A DNA stretch of 64,000 bases from an uncultured Gemmatimonadales bacterium (lineage in GTDB: Bacteria > Actinomycetota > Acidimicrobiia > Spongiisociales > UBA5794): NCBI GenBank assembly GCA_964195945.1, contig CAXMRC010000037.1:3217-67216 (forward strand). Reading direction: 5' to 3'. The position numbers and the translations under genes were made by a program. This document shows positions 28,650 through 36,742 of the stretch, one piece after another (within the stretch, counting starts at the first letter, position 1; every line of letters starts with the position of its first letter). The notes beneath the pieces are model-generated. The model was given only the letters and a program-made list of their open reading frames with translations. It had not been told where the DNA came from and made no database searches.

Positions 28650-29135
28650 ATGGATCTCAAAGCCCCCAAAGATATGGCGAAGAAGACAGCCTTTGTGGCC
28701 GTCGGCGCCCCGGTCGTAGTGGCTCGCAAGGTCAAGGACTTCGGAACCAAGATGATGTCCGATGCCCAGACCCAACTTGACTCATACGCCACAGAAGGCG
28801 AGAAGGTCACAAAGCAAATCAAGGACCGAAACGTTGTTGAGGAGCTCGAGCATCGGATGAACATCGACAAGGTCCAGGACCGCGTCGAGCAGCTCCGCGA
28901 TCAGCTCGAGAACACCCTGAGCAACTGGCGCGAGTCGTTCACCCCGGCCGCGGAAGAGGCCGCCAAGAAGACCGCAGCTGTTAAGCCGGCACCCAAGAAG
29001 ACACCCGTCACCAAGGCAGCGGCCAAGAAGGCACCCGCCAAGAAGACCGCTCCCAAGAAGGCACCTGCCGCCAAAGCGGCCGCCAAGAAGACGCCAGCGA
29101 AGAAGGCTCCGGCCAAAGTAGCTGCCAGCAAGTAA
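28650..29135 (+). CDS. HBHA/MLDS/phasin-like protein with Lys-Ala-Pro-rich tail
   Basis: N-terminal AFVAVGA, amphipathic coiled-coil middle, C-terminal PAKK/AAKK repeats; directly downstream of the XRE gene. Confidence 0.7.
   Translation: MDLKAPKDMAKKTAFVAVGAPVVVARKVKDFGTKMMSDAQTQLDSYATEGEKVTKQIKDRNVVEELEHRMNIDKVQDRVEQLRDQLENTLSNWRESFTPAAEEAAKKTAAVKPAPKKTPVTKAAAKKAPAKKTAPKKAPAAKAAAKKTPAKKAPAKVAASK
28958..29132 (+). repeat. Low-complexity (A/P)(A/P)KK coding repeats
   Basis: Repeated (g/c)ccaagaag units encoding AAKK, APKK and PAKK. Confidence 0.85.
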
Positions 29136-29218
29136 CAACAGGACTGGCCGGGAAGACAGACTTCCCAGAAGACTGACGAAGCTCTCCCTCCCTTCCTGCT
29201 TCGCTTCCCCGGCCACAA

Positions 29219-29251
29219 GAAACCCCCGGCGCCGTTGGCGCCGGGGGTTTC
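29219..29251. terminator. Bidirectional terminator hairpin between convergent genes
   Basis: Perfect 15-bp stem GAAACCCCCGGCGCC-gtt-GGCGCCGGGGGTTTC. Confidence 0.85.
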
Positions 29252-29274
29252 GTTACATCTAACGCGACGTACCG

Positions 29275-29679
29275 CTAATACGTGACGATCGTGTCGAGTT
29301 CTCCTGCATGCTCCACCCAACGCTGCACCATCGTCTCGGTCGGCAAGCGTCGCACCAACAGGCTCTTGGTGTTGATAGCCACCATCGCGATAAGCAGATT
29401 CGTCGGATTGCGACGTCGCAACTCTTTGACCGTGTCGACTCCCGCGGCTTCGAGAAGATCTGAATACTCCTCTCCAACACCACGGACTCGCATCAGGTCC
29501 GCACGGTTTACCCACTCAAGTATCAGTTTCCCGCTGATACCGGTGGACGCGGCGACATCGCGGCGACCTTTGCGTGTAGAACCCTTCTTGAGGAGCGCCT
29601 CAACAGTTCGCAGCCTCGCCTTGCGAAGGCTCGTCGCCTGCTTGTGGCCGATCCCCTCGATCGTATCGATCGAAGCCAT
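29275..29679 (-). CDS. DUF4332 (helix-hairpin-helix) protein
   Basis: IEGIG, WVNRADLMRVRGVGEEYSDLLEAAGVDTVKEL. Confidence 0.85.
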   Translation of the reverse strand: MASIDTIEGIGHKQATSLRKARLRTVEALLKKGSTRKGRRDVAASTGISGKLILEWVNRADLMRVRGVGEEYSDLLEAAGVDTVKELRRRNPTNLLIAMVAINTKSLLVRRLPTETMVQRWVEHAGELDTIVTY

Positions 29680-29837
29680 ACCCGTCCTTCCCAATCAACT
29701 CTTCAGCAGTGCGCTGGGCCCCTCAACCGCAAGACAGCACCGAGTCCAGAGACTACTGACTCTGTAGCACCGATTGCCAGACGGAATAGCCAACCCCTCG
29801 ATGGCGCGGCACTACAGCCCTTGCAGGCCTGCCTCCA

Positions 29838-30428
29838 TCAGCGACTCGATTCGACGTCAACGAGATCGTCTGCTGTCAACACACGCTTCCCGGGAAGACG
29901 ATCGAACCAGACTTCCTCAACCCAATCCGGATGGGTCGCCAAAATCTGATCGAAAACCGAGGCGCCCTCCATGCTGATGAGACGTGGCCACAACATTTCG
30001 CCGATAACAGCAGGGTGGCCGACTGCATACCGGTACTTCGGAACGACCGCCGGTTTGTGACCTTCACGATGGTTCTCGATGAGCCGGGCAACCTCATCTT
30101 TTCTGGTCCCCGGATAGTCCGCATGCGTCAGGACGACGGTGTCGTATTGATCGAGCCGATAGAGGGTGTCGATGCCGACTCGAAGTGCGGCCGCCTCCCC
30201 TTCCGTCCACTCGAGATCGATAACGATAATGGCGTCACCAAGGTCTGCCCTGTCCACGATTTCTTCGGCGTTGGGTCCCAGCACGACGATGACGGTGTCG
30301 ACCGGCCACTCGTTGACCTCGGCAACTACATGCTCGATGAGCGTCGAACCCCGGAACGGCGCCAGATGCTTGGGACCAATGAAACCTGATCCAACATCGG
30401 CGGCGAGCACCATTGCCGCGACCTTCAC
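29838..30428 (-). CDS. MobA/MocA-like NTP-transferase family protein (degenerate signature)
   Basis: VLAA...PKHL...G.TLIEHV, W.EG...LRVG, GHPAVI; GGAGG SD 7 nt before GTG. Confidence 0.75.
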   Translation of the reverse strand: MKVAAMVLAADVGSGFIGPKHLAPFRGSTLIEHVVAEVNEWPVDTVIVVLGPNAEEIVDRADLGDAIIVIDLEWTEGEAAALRVGIDTLYRLDQYDTVVLTHADYPGTRKDEVARLIENHREGHKPAVVPKYRYAVGHPAVIGEMLWPRLISMEGASVFDQILATHPDWVEEVWFDRLPGKRVLTADDLVDVESSR

Positions 30429-30513
30429 CTGCAAGCCTCCTTAGAACGAGAGGTCACGCTAGTCGTCCCCCGGCCGACTCCAGCCACATGCGGCTTACTC
30501 AGGTAGAGCCGGC

Positions 30514-31029
30514 CTACGCGCTCTTTGCGTTGCCCTTGTTCTTGCGGCTCGCTCCCCGCAACACCTTGCGTCCACTCATCCGTGCCCACCACAGATAAAC
30601 CGCCCCTGCAGTCAGCACGATCGAAGAAGCTGCCTGATACCAAGTGTCCCATTTGTACTCATGGATCGACCACGAATACAGGAAACCGATAGCTCCCATC
30701 GTGATTTGAGCAGCTCCGGCAGTCACGAATACGCCCCGCCCCTCTGGACGTGCGAGAACAGCGATGGCAGTAACGGACCACGCCAACAGGACCGCTCCGA
30801 CCCAGCGCAGTCCCCCGAGTTGGTCCGCAACGGTCGGGTCAAGGCCGATTACATCGAAGTACGCAACTGGAAAGATCACAAGCGGAAGAGCAAAGGCCAA
30901 ATTCACAAAGACATAGACAACAAGGGCAGTCGTCAGGGTTGTCGCCGGATCACGGGTCTTGCGAACCGCCTTTGCGTCGGCCACCTGTTCCTGGGGGAAT
31001 GACTCCATTGGATCCGGTTGATCGCTCAC
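30514..31029 (-). CDS. Hypothetical membrane protein (about 4 TM)
   Basis: Four hydrophobic segments, basic C-terminus; GTGA overlap with the upstream gene. Confidence 0.75.
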   Translation of the reverse strand: MSDQPDPMESFPQEQVADAKAVRKTRDPATTLTTALVVYVFVNLAFALPLVIFPVAYFDVIGLDPTVADQLGGLRWVGAVLLAWSVTAIAVLARPEGRGVFVTAGAAQITMGAIGFLYSWSIHEYKWDTWYQAASSIVLTAGAVYLWWARMSGRKVLRGASRKNKGNAKSA

Positions 31030-31502
31030 TTCTTGTCCTCCATAGTGGCCAGCATCTCCGCAACAAGCTCCTCCTGCAAGATTCCGAGATACAGCACGAG
31101 GGATACCTCCGGATCATTCTGCCGTTCCGTTGGCATCCCAGAGTCAAAAAATCCTTTGCGGGCGGCGAGAACGATCCGGGATTCGCCTAGGACCCGGGCC
31201 CAAGTCGCGGCGTCTTCGCTGGTCAAGGTGACAATTCCTGTCGCCGCGGCACTTAGACCTTCGTCGAATCTCTCTCGGTCCGCGGACCGTATCTCGACGC
31301 GCTCCTTAGCAGCGAGTCGGTCGAATTCGCGGGACGCAACAGCATCGTCTGTGTAGATCATGGGCTTGAGGCGTTGCGCAGCTGGATCGTCTTTCCCAGC
31401 ACCCGCACCCTGCAACAAGCTTCCCAGGCGGGCCAGAATCGCTACCTCGGTATCGAGAAGCTGGACCTGGATTCCCTGCGCCGTCGCGACAAACCGGCTC
31501 AT
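31026..31502 (-). CDS. DUF2017-family protein
   Basis: [10 protein letters not shown]...[25 protein letters not shown]; follows clpS with an ATGA overlap. Confidence 0.75.
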   Translation of the reverse strand: MSRFVATAQGIQVQLLDTEVAILARLGSLLQGAGAGKDDPAAQRLKPMIYTDDAVASREFDRLAAKERVEIRSADRERFDEGLSAAATGIVTLTSEDAATWARVLGESRIVLAARKGFFDSGMPTERQNDPEVSLVLYLGILQEELVAEMLATMEDKK

Positions 31503-31786
31503 CTCTTCTCCACAGTGGCCCACAGACCGTGATGATGAAGCCGGAACGCGCTCATTTCGGCATGCTCTCGCGGGCCGCTGTCCACGACAGCGCGCCCATC
31601 GTTGTGGACCTGGAGCATAAGACGCGTCGCTTCCGGTTCGGCGTACCCAAAAAGGCTCCGAAAAACCCACACAACGTAGCTCATGAGGTTCACCGGGTCA
31701 TCCCAAACCACCACGTCCCATACCGGAAGGTAATCCGTGACGTCTTTGCCCTCAGGCAAGTCTATTTCGGCGGGAGCGGTCGTCAT
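31499..31786 (-). CDS. clpS: N-end rule adaptor ClpS
   Basis: [36 protein letters not shown]. Confidence 0.95.
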   Translation of the reverse strand: MTTAPAEIDLPEGKDVTDYLPVWDVVVWDDPVNLMSYVVWVFRSLFGYAEPEATRLMLQVHNDGRAVVDSGPREHAEMSAFRLHHHGLWATVEKR

Positions 31787-32007
31787 GGACTTGACTCCGC
31801 AGTGGTCTCAGCTGTTGTCATCCGCTGACCGTTTATCCAGTCCTCGAAGTCTTGTCTGGCAACACGCCACTCGCGACCGAACTTGACGGCGGGAAGCCGC
31901 CCGGAACGAAGCTGGCCGGTAACAACGAAAGCCGAGACATCCATGTACTCACAGATGTCGGCAACCGATAGCCAGTTCTTCTCGATGTCGACGGTGATCC
32001 TGTCCAT
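31783..32007 (-). CDS. Excisionase/BldC-like HTH_17 DNA-binding protein
   Basis: [13 protein letters not shown]...[17 protein letters not shown]. Confidence 0.88.
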   Translation of the reverse strand: MDRITVDIEKNWLSVADICEYMDVSAFVVTGQLRSGRLPAVKFGREWRVARQDFEDWINGQRMTTAETTAESSP

Positions 32008-32090
32008 AAGCCCAACAGGCTATGAGGACCAGCGCCCGCGAGCAAGCAGAGCCGATCCGTGGCTATACAACAAAGCACGCAGGACGCGAC

Positions 32091-32116
32091 AAGACCCGCC
32101 CCAAAAGGCGGGTCTT
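32091..32116. terminator. Terminator-like hairpin
   Basis: AAGACCCGCC-ccaaaa-GGCGGGTCTT, perfect 10-bp stem in an intergenic region. Confidence 0.6.
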
Positions 32117-32479
32117 ACCAAGATGAGAAACGACCGGTGGATCACCCGATACCAGGTTGCTAGTAGCGGCCGACCGTTTCAAACCTAACGCGGGGGTGGA
32201 ACGCACCTCCGCTGAAATCCTCGACAGGTTCTCCTGCAGAGCACTCTCCAGCACCCGCAACCCGTCTATCGGCATCGTCCCCAACAACTTGCGCAACATT
32301 CCCAACCGGCACAACGGGACTAGTCCCTATTCCAGTCGTGACGGTCGATCGGTGAAACACACTTGCACCGCTTTTCGCGCTCTGTGATACTCATCCGCAG
32401 CGGTCATCGCAAACGATACCGCAACAATGAGAATCGATTCGGGGGCAGAGCGGGTGGAGTGCCGGGGAGGTAGCGCAGG

Positions 32480-33427
32480 ATGATCCATTCGTCGTCCATT
32501 GAGGGTCACCACTTCTTGATGGCGCGTCGCCGCGGGTACGACCCAGCAGAGGTCGATGCCGTCATCAAGCGGCTCGTATCCACACTCCGCAAGTACGAGG
32601 ACCAAGACGAACAATTCGCCCAGTCAGCCCGCGAGTTGAATTCTCAGATCACCGACCTTGCCACCGTTCGCACCGCTCGCGACTTGGCTCTGCATGATGC
32701 TGCGGCGGCGACGGAGGAACTCCACGCCACCGCCATAGCCCAACTGGAAGAGGCTCAAGGCCGCGCCGCGGAGGGAATCGCCGAGGCCAAGGACGAAGCT
32801 GCTCAGATCGTTGCGGCGGCTCGGGCCAGCTCCAGTGAGCTTCTGTCCCGCCGCAACGCTCGCGGCGAATCGCTCATCACCGCTGCTTTGTCGGAGGTTA
32901 AATCGCTTCGCGCCACCGCCTTGCGTGAAACCAACGACTTCACAACGAACAAGAGGACTGCGGCCGCGGCCGATGTCCAATCCGCCGAGCTGGAAGCAAA
33001 CCAGATCCTTGAAGACGCCCGCCATGAAGCAGGTTCGATGCTCGGTCGAGCCCGGCGCGAACACGCGGCGCTTGAGCAGCGCATCGCGCAATTGCGCTCA
33101 GCTGTAGCTGGCATCGAAGGTCAGTTTCGGCATCTCGCAGAATCAACTCTCGAAGAGACCGAAATCGTGTCATCGATGATCGCGCTCGAGACCGACGGGA
33201 TCGAAGAGGCCCTCGAAGGGTCGCCGCCGGAGCCTGAGGTGGTGCGCCTTACTCAGCAGGGGATGACTATCGATCTCACAGATCGCCAACCCATGAAGAA
33301 GCAGGTCCCCCTCGACCAGCACTTTGTGGTCGCTCCGGGGAACACCATATATCAACGACGCGGTGGCGGCCTCCGCCGTCGGCTCGAAGAAGAAGGGGTC
33401 GACGACCTCGAAGAGTCGTCCGAGTAG
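32480..33427 (+). CDS. DivIVA-domain coiled-coil protein
   Basis: F...RRGYDPAEVD motif followed by a long Ala-rich coiled coil; GGAGG SD. Confidence 0.8.
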   Translation: MIHSSSIEGHHFLMARRRGYDPAEVDAVIKRLVSTLRKYEDQDEQFAQSARELNSQITDLATVRTARDLALHDAAAATEELHATAIAQLEEAQGRAAEGIAEAKDEAAQIVAAARASSSELLSRRNARGESLITAALSEVKSLRATALRETNDFTTNKRTAAAADVQSAELEANQILEDARHEAGSMLGRARREHAALEQRIAQLRSAVAGIEGQFRHLAESTLEETEIVSSMIALETDGIEEALEGSPPEPEVVRLTQQGMTIDLTDRQPMKKQVPLDQHFVVAPGNTIYQRRGGGLRRRLEEEGVDDLEESSE

Positions 33428-33450
33428 AGACGGACAAGTAGCCGCTGCAT

Positions 33451-33903
33451 CTAGCCCTGCGCTAAAACATTCTCCGTCGTGGGACGGGTCAGAATGAACG
33501 TTGACACCGACACTGCGATCGCGACCAAGACCACCCGAATTGCCGCAGAGTCCACCGCCACGAGGATCGAAAACCCGATGCTGACGATCACGAGACCAAC
33601 CGCATAGGCTTTGATGCGCCGTGGGATGCCGTAGCCCGCCCGGTAGGCCCTGACCATCGGGCCGAACCAGCGATGGTTGACTACCCAGTCGTACATACGC
33701 TCGTTTGACTTGAAGAAGAAATACGCCGCGAGCAGAAGGAAAACCGTGCCGGGCAGCAATGGAACGATGTATCCGGCAATGCCAAGCCCAAGAGACGCGA
33801 ATCCGAGCACCATGTAGATCGCCCGCCCCACACGGGTTGCAACGAGTTGAGCCGGCTCGGCATCAATCATCTCGATCGACAGCGGGCTGTCGTTTACGGA
33901 CAT
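33451..33903 (-). CDS. YbaN/DUF454 membrane protein
   Basis: LGIAGYIVPLLPGTVFLLLAAYFF, HRWFGP, GIPRRIK; exact start uncertain. Confidence 0.88.
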   Translation of the reverse strand: MSVNDSPLSIEMIDAEPAQLVATRVGRAIYMVLGFASLGLGIAGYIVPLLPGTVFLLLAAYFFFKSNERMYDWVVNHRWFGPMVRAYRAGYGIPRRIKAYAVGLVIVSIGFSILVAVDSAAIRVVLVAIAVSVSTFILTRPTTENVLAQG

Positions 33904-33991
33904 CGGTTGAACTACAGACATGGAAATCGAATCCCGAGGAGCTAACCAGAGGCACATTGGCCGCCACAACAACCGACATCAAGTCGGGGTG

Positions 33992-34684
33992 TCACTGGCC
34001 AACAGCACCGGTGTCGAGAGGGGCGATGCATTCCGGGTAGTTATTGCTGACCTTGTTAACGAGAGTTGCGACCGCATGCTCGGCCATCGCCTCCCGGGGA
34101 AAGATCGCCAACAACTGGTTCAGGATCTCGGTGTCCTCATTCTCTCTATCCAGCCAGTCCGCCCAAGAATCCTCAGGCATGATGACGGGCATACGATCGT
34201 GGATATCAGCCACGAGACCGTTGGGCTTGCCAGTGAGGATCGTGCAAGTGCGAATTCGATCTCCCGAATCAGGATCATCCCAAGTTGCCCAGAGACCAGC
34301 AAAGGCAAGGGGCTTGTTGTCAGCTCTATAGATGTAGTGAGGTAGCTTCCCCCTCGGGAGCCGCTGCCATTCGTAGAAACCGTCGGCAGGGATAAGACAA
34401 CGCCGCTTGACAAAGGAATCGCGGAAGGTGGGCTTCTCAGCAGCCGTCTCCGCCCGAGCGTTGATGCTGCGCGCACCGATCTTCCGATCCTTTGCCCACC
34501 ACGGGATTAACCCCCAGCGGAACGAGCCGAGCAGCCGTTCCCCATCGTGCTCCGCCACCGCATAGACCGAATCGGTAGGGGCCACGTTGTATGAAGAAGG
34601 CAGTGTGTCTGTTCTGATGGTCTCCACTTGAAAAGCATCAGCGTAGAAACCGGGGTCATGGGATTGAACGAATCGTCCGCACAT
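33992..34684 (-). CDS. SOS response-associated peptidase (SRAP/HMCES/YedK)
   Basis: MCGRF start, YNVAPT, WGLIPWW, INARAET, GFYEW, HDRMP. Confidence 0.97.
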   Translation of the reverse strand: MCGRFVQSHDPGFYADAFQVETIRTDTLPSSYNVAPTDSVYAVAEHDGERLLGSFRWGLIPWWAKDRKIGARSINARAETAAEKPTFRDSFVKRRCLIPADGFYEWQRLPRGKLPHYIYRADNKPLAFAGLWATWDDPDSGDRIRTCTILTGKPNGLVADIHDRMPVIMPEDSWADWLDRENEDTEILNQLLAIFPREAMAEHAVATLVNKVSNNYPECIAPLDTGAVGQ

Positions 34685-34768
34685 AGACCCATTGTCCCAG
34701 ACACCCAGGTTTCATGACGACGTCGTAGGAGCGATAATCATCGAGTCGACATCCCGGAAGAGCACATC

Positions 34769-36691
34769 ATCGAATCAACAATCCGCACCCTCGCAGCCAC
34801 CGCAGGCGTCCTCACAGAGTGGGTCGATGTTTGGGGCAAACCCCAACAAGTAACGGCGGATCATCTGCTCGCCGTCCTTGAGGCGCTGACTGGTCGGTCG
34901 CTTGGCTCTTCGCATGAGATCGAATCCACCCTGTCAGATCTAACGGGCGAGCCACCGATTATCGAGCCGGTCCTGGTCGCCTGGGACGGCATTCTGCCCG
35001 AGATCACCTTGGGAAGCTCTGTGGCGCCGGGCTATATCGTCACCGAGAAGGGCGATGAAATACCAGTGCGGGTCGGCGACCACACCCTCACCATCGACGG
35101 GGTCCTACCCATTGGATATCACGAGCTCCGTCTCGAAGGCGCTCGACAGAAGACCCTGGTCATAGCCGCTCCAACGCAAGCTCAGTCCGCGCCACAACGC
35201 AAGCTCGGCGTCCTTGCCCCTGTCTACGCGATGAGATCGAAACACCATGACACTGGGATCGGCAACTTCGGCCACCTCCAGCAGTTGGCCGATACCGCGC
35301 TCGTCACCGGTGTCGCGGTCGTGGGAACGCTCCCCTTGGTGGCGACCTTCCCCGATCAGCCATCGCCGTACTCACCCGCTTCCCGGCGGGCGTGGAACGA
35401 ACTATTTGTCGACATGACTGTGGCCCCCGGTTGGGTCGGCGACGTCCCAACGTCGGGGGACGGTCCGGGCTGGGTCAACTACGAAGCGGCCGGCTTGTCG
35501 ATACGAAATGTCATCGCCGATTACGCGGCTGCGACAAGCGGCGTACCTCAGATCCAAAGCAGGATCGATGATTTTGTTTCCGCGAATCCTGAGATAGCGA
35601 GATACGCAACCTTCCGCGCCATGTGCGACAGATATGGCCGCAACTGGCGCGCCTGGCCGGCTGACGCCGAACCGATGCCCGACCGCATCGACTATCACCG
35701 TACCGCCCAATGGCTCGCCGCCGACCAATTGGCCAAACTTGGGCAGCGTCTCCGCGACCGTGGCCAATACCTCTACCTGGATCTCCCTATCGGCTGCCAT
35801 CCCGATGGGTTTGATATCTGGGATCAACCTGACCTATATGCCCCGGCCAGTGTGGGAGCCCCACCCGACTCGCTATTTCTTGGAGGCCAGGATTGGGGCC
35901 TGCCCGCCACAATTCCATCCCAGTCGAGACTCGAGGGTCATCGCTCCTTTATCAAGGCGGTTCGGCACCAACTGTCGGTTGCAGGTCTCCTCCGCATCGA
36001 CCACGTAATGGGACTGCACCGCACGTGGTGGGTCCCTCATGGGCTGTCTGCTACCGACGGTGCCTATGTAATCCAGCCGACTGAAGAGATGTTCGCCATC
36101 GTCTGCCTTGAGTCGCACCGAGCTGGCTCGGCCGTTGTCGGCGAGAATCTGGGCACCGTACCCGTGGCCATCAGCGATGCGTTGCAACGGCACCAACTTC
36201 TCGGAATGAAGGTTGCCCAGGATGGTCTGAACGAGCCGAGCCGCAACGACCTGATCGCTTTGAGTACACATGACACGCCTCCGTTTGCGGCCTGGTGGCG
36301 CGGTATCGATATCGACGATGGCGAGGACCTCGGCGTCTACGCTGATGGCCGCGGCGACATCGCCAGACAACAACGCACTCGCGACATCGCAGACGTCGAA
36401 GCGACTCTCGGAAGCAAAGGGCTGGAAGACACCCGCGATGCCATCATGGATTGGATGGCAGCATCAGACGCCGCGATCGCGATTGTCAACATCGATGATC
36501 TCTGGGCGGAAGAAAGACGGCAGAACGTGCCAGGCACCGATACGCAACGACCCAACTGGAGTGCGCGCCATCGACATGCGATAGAAGAAATCACATCTAG
36601 CCCTCAGCTCCTCGCTCAGCTAGAACGGCTCAGCGAATCACGAAACACAACCGATGATGGGTTGACCGACGACGAACGGGACAATCAGTAG
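34769..36691 (+). CDS. malQ: 4-alpha-glucanotransferase (amylomaltase); start uncertain, proposed ATC at 34769
   Basis: SPYSPASR, YLDLPIG, GAPPD...QDWGLP, LRIDHVMG, GENLG, THD, NVPGT...PNW. The frame is open and MalQ-like from about 34718 but has no ATG/GTG/TTG until 35009. Confidence 0.9.
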   Translation: MESTIRTLAATAGVLTEWVDVWGKPQQVTADHLLAVLEALTGRSLGSSHEIESTLSDLTGEPPIIEPVLVAWDGILPEITLGSSVAPGYIVTEKGDEIPVRVGDHTLTIDGVLPIGYHELRLEGARQKTLVIAAPTQAQSAPQRKLGVLAPVYAMRSKHHDTGIGNFGHLQQLADTALVTGVAVVGTLPLVATFPDQPSPYSPASRRAWNELFVDMTVAPGWVGDVPTSGDGPGWVNYEAAGLSIRNVIADYAAATSGVPQIQSRIDDFVSANPEIARYATFRAMCDRYGRNWRAWPADAEPMPDRIDYHRTAQWLAADQLAKLGQRLRDRGQYLYLDLPIGCHPDGFDIWDQPDLYAPASVGAPPDSLFLGGQDWGLPATIPSQSRLEGHRSFIKAVRHQLSVAGLLRIDHVMGLHRTWWVPHGLSATDGAYVIQPTEEMFAIVCLESHRAGSAVVGENLGTVPVAISDALQRHQLLGMKVAQDGLNEPSRNDLIALSTHDTPPFAAWWRGIDIDDGEDLGVYADGRGDIARQQRTRDIADVEATLGSKGLEDTRDAIMDWMAASDAAIAIVNIDDLWAEERRQNVPGTDTQRPNWSARHRHAIEEITSSPQLLAQLERLSESRNTTDDGLTDDERDNQ

Positions 36692-36742
36692 CCTCAACAG
36701 CTATAACATCACCTCTTCCCGAGAAGAATTCAAGGACTCGAC

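Noticed and set aside
31783-32007. Excisionase-like HTH as a prophage or ICE marker
   Set aside because: It is translationally coupled to clpS with no integrase or att site nearby; a chromosomal BldC-like regulator fits better.
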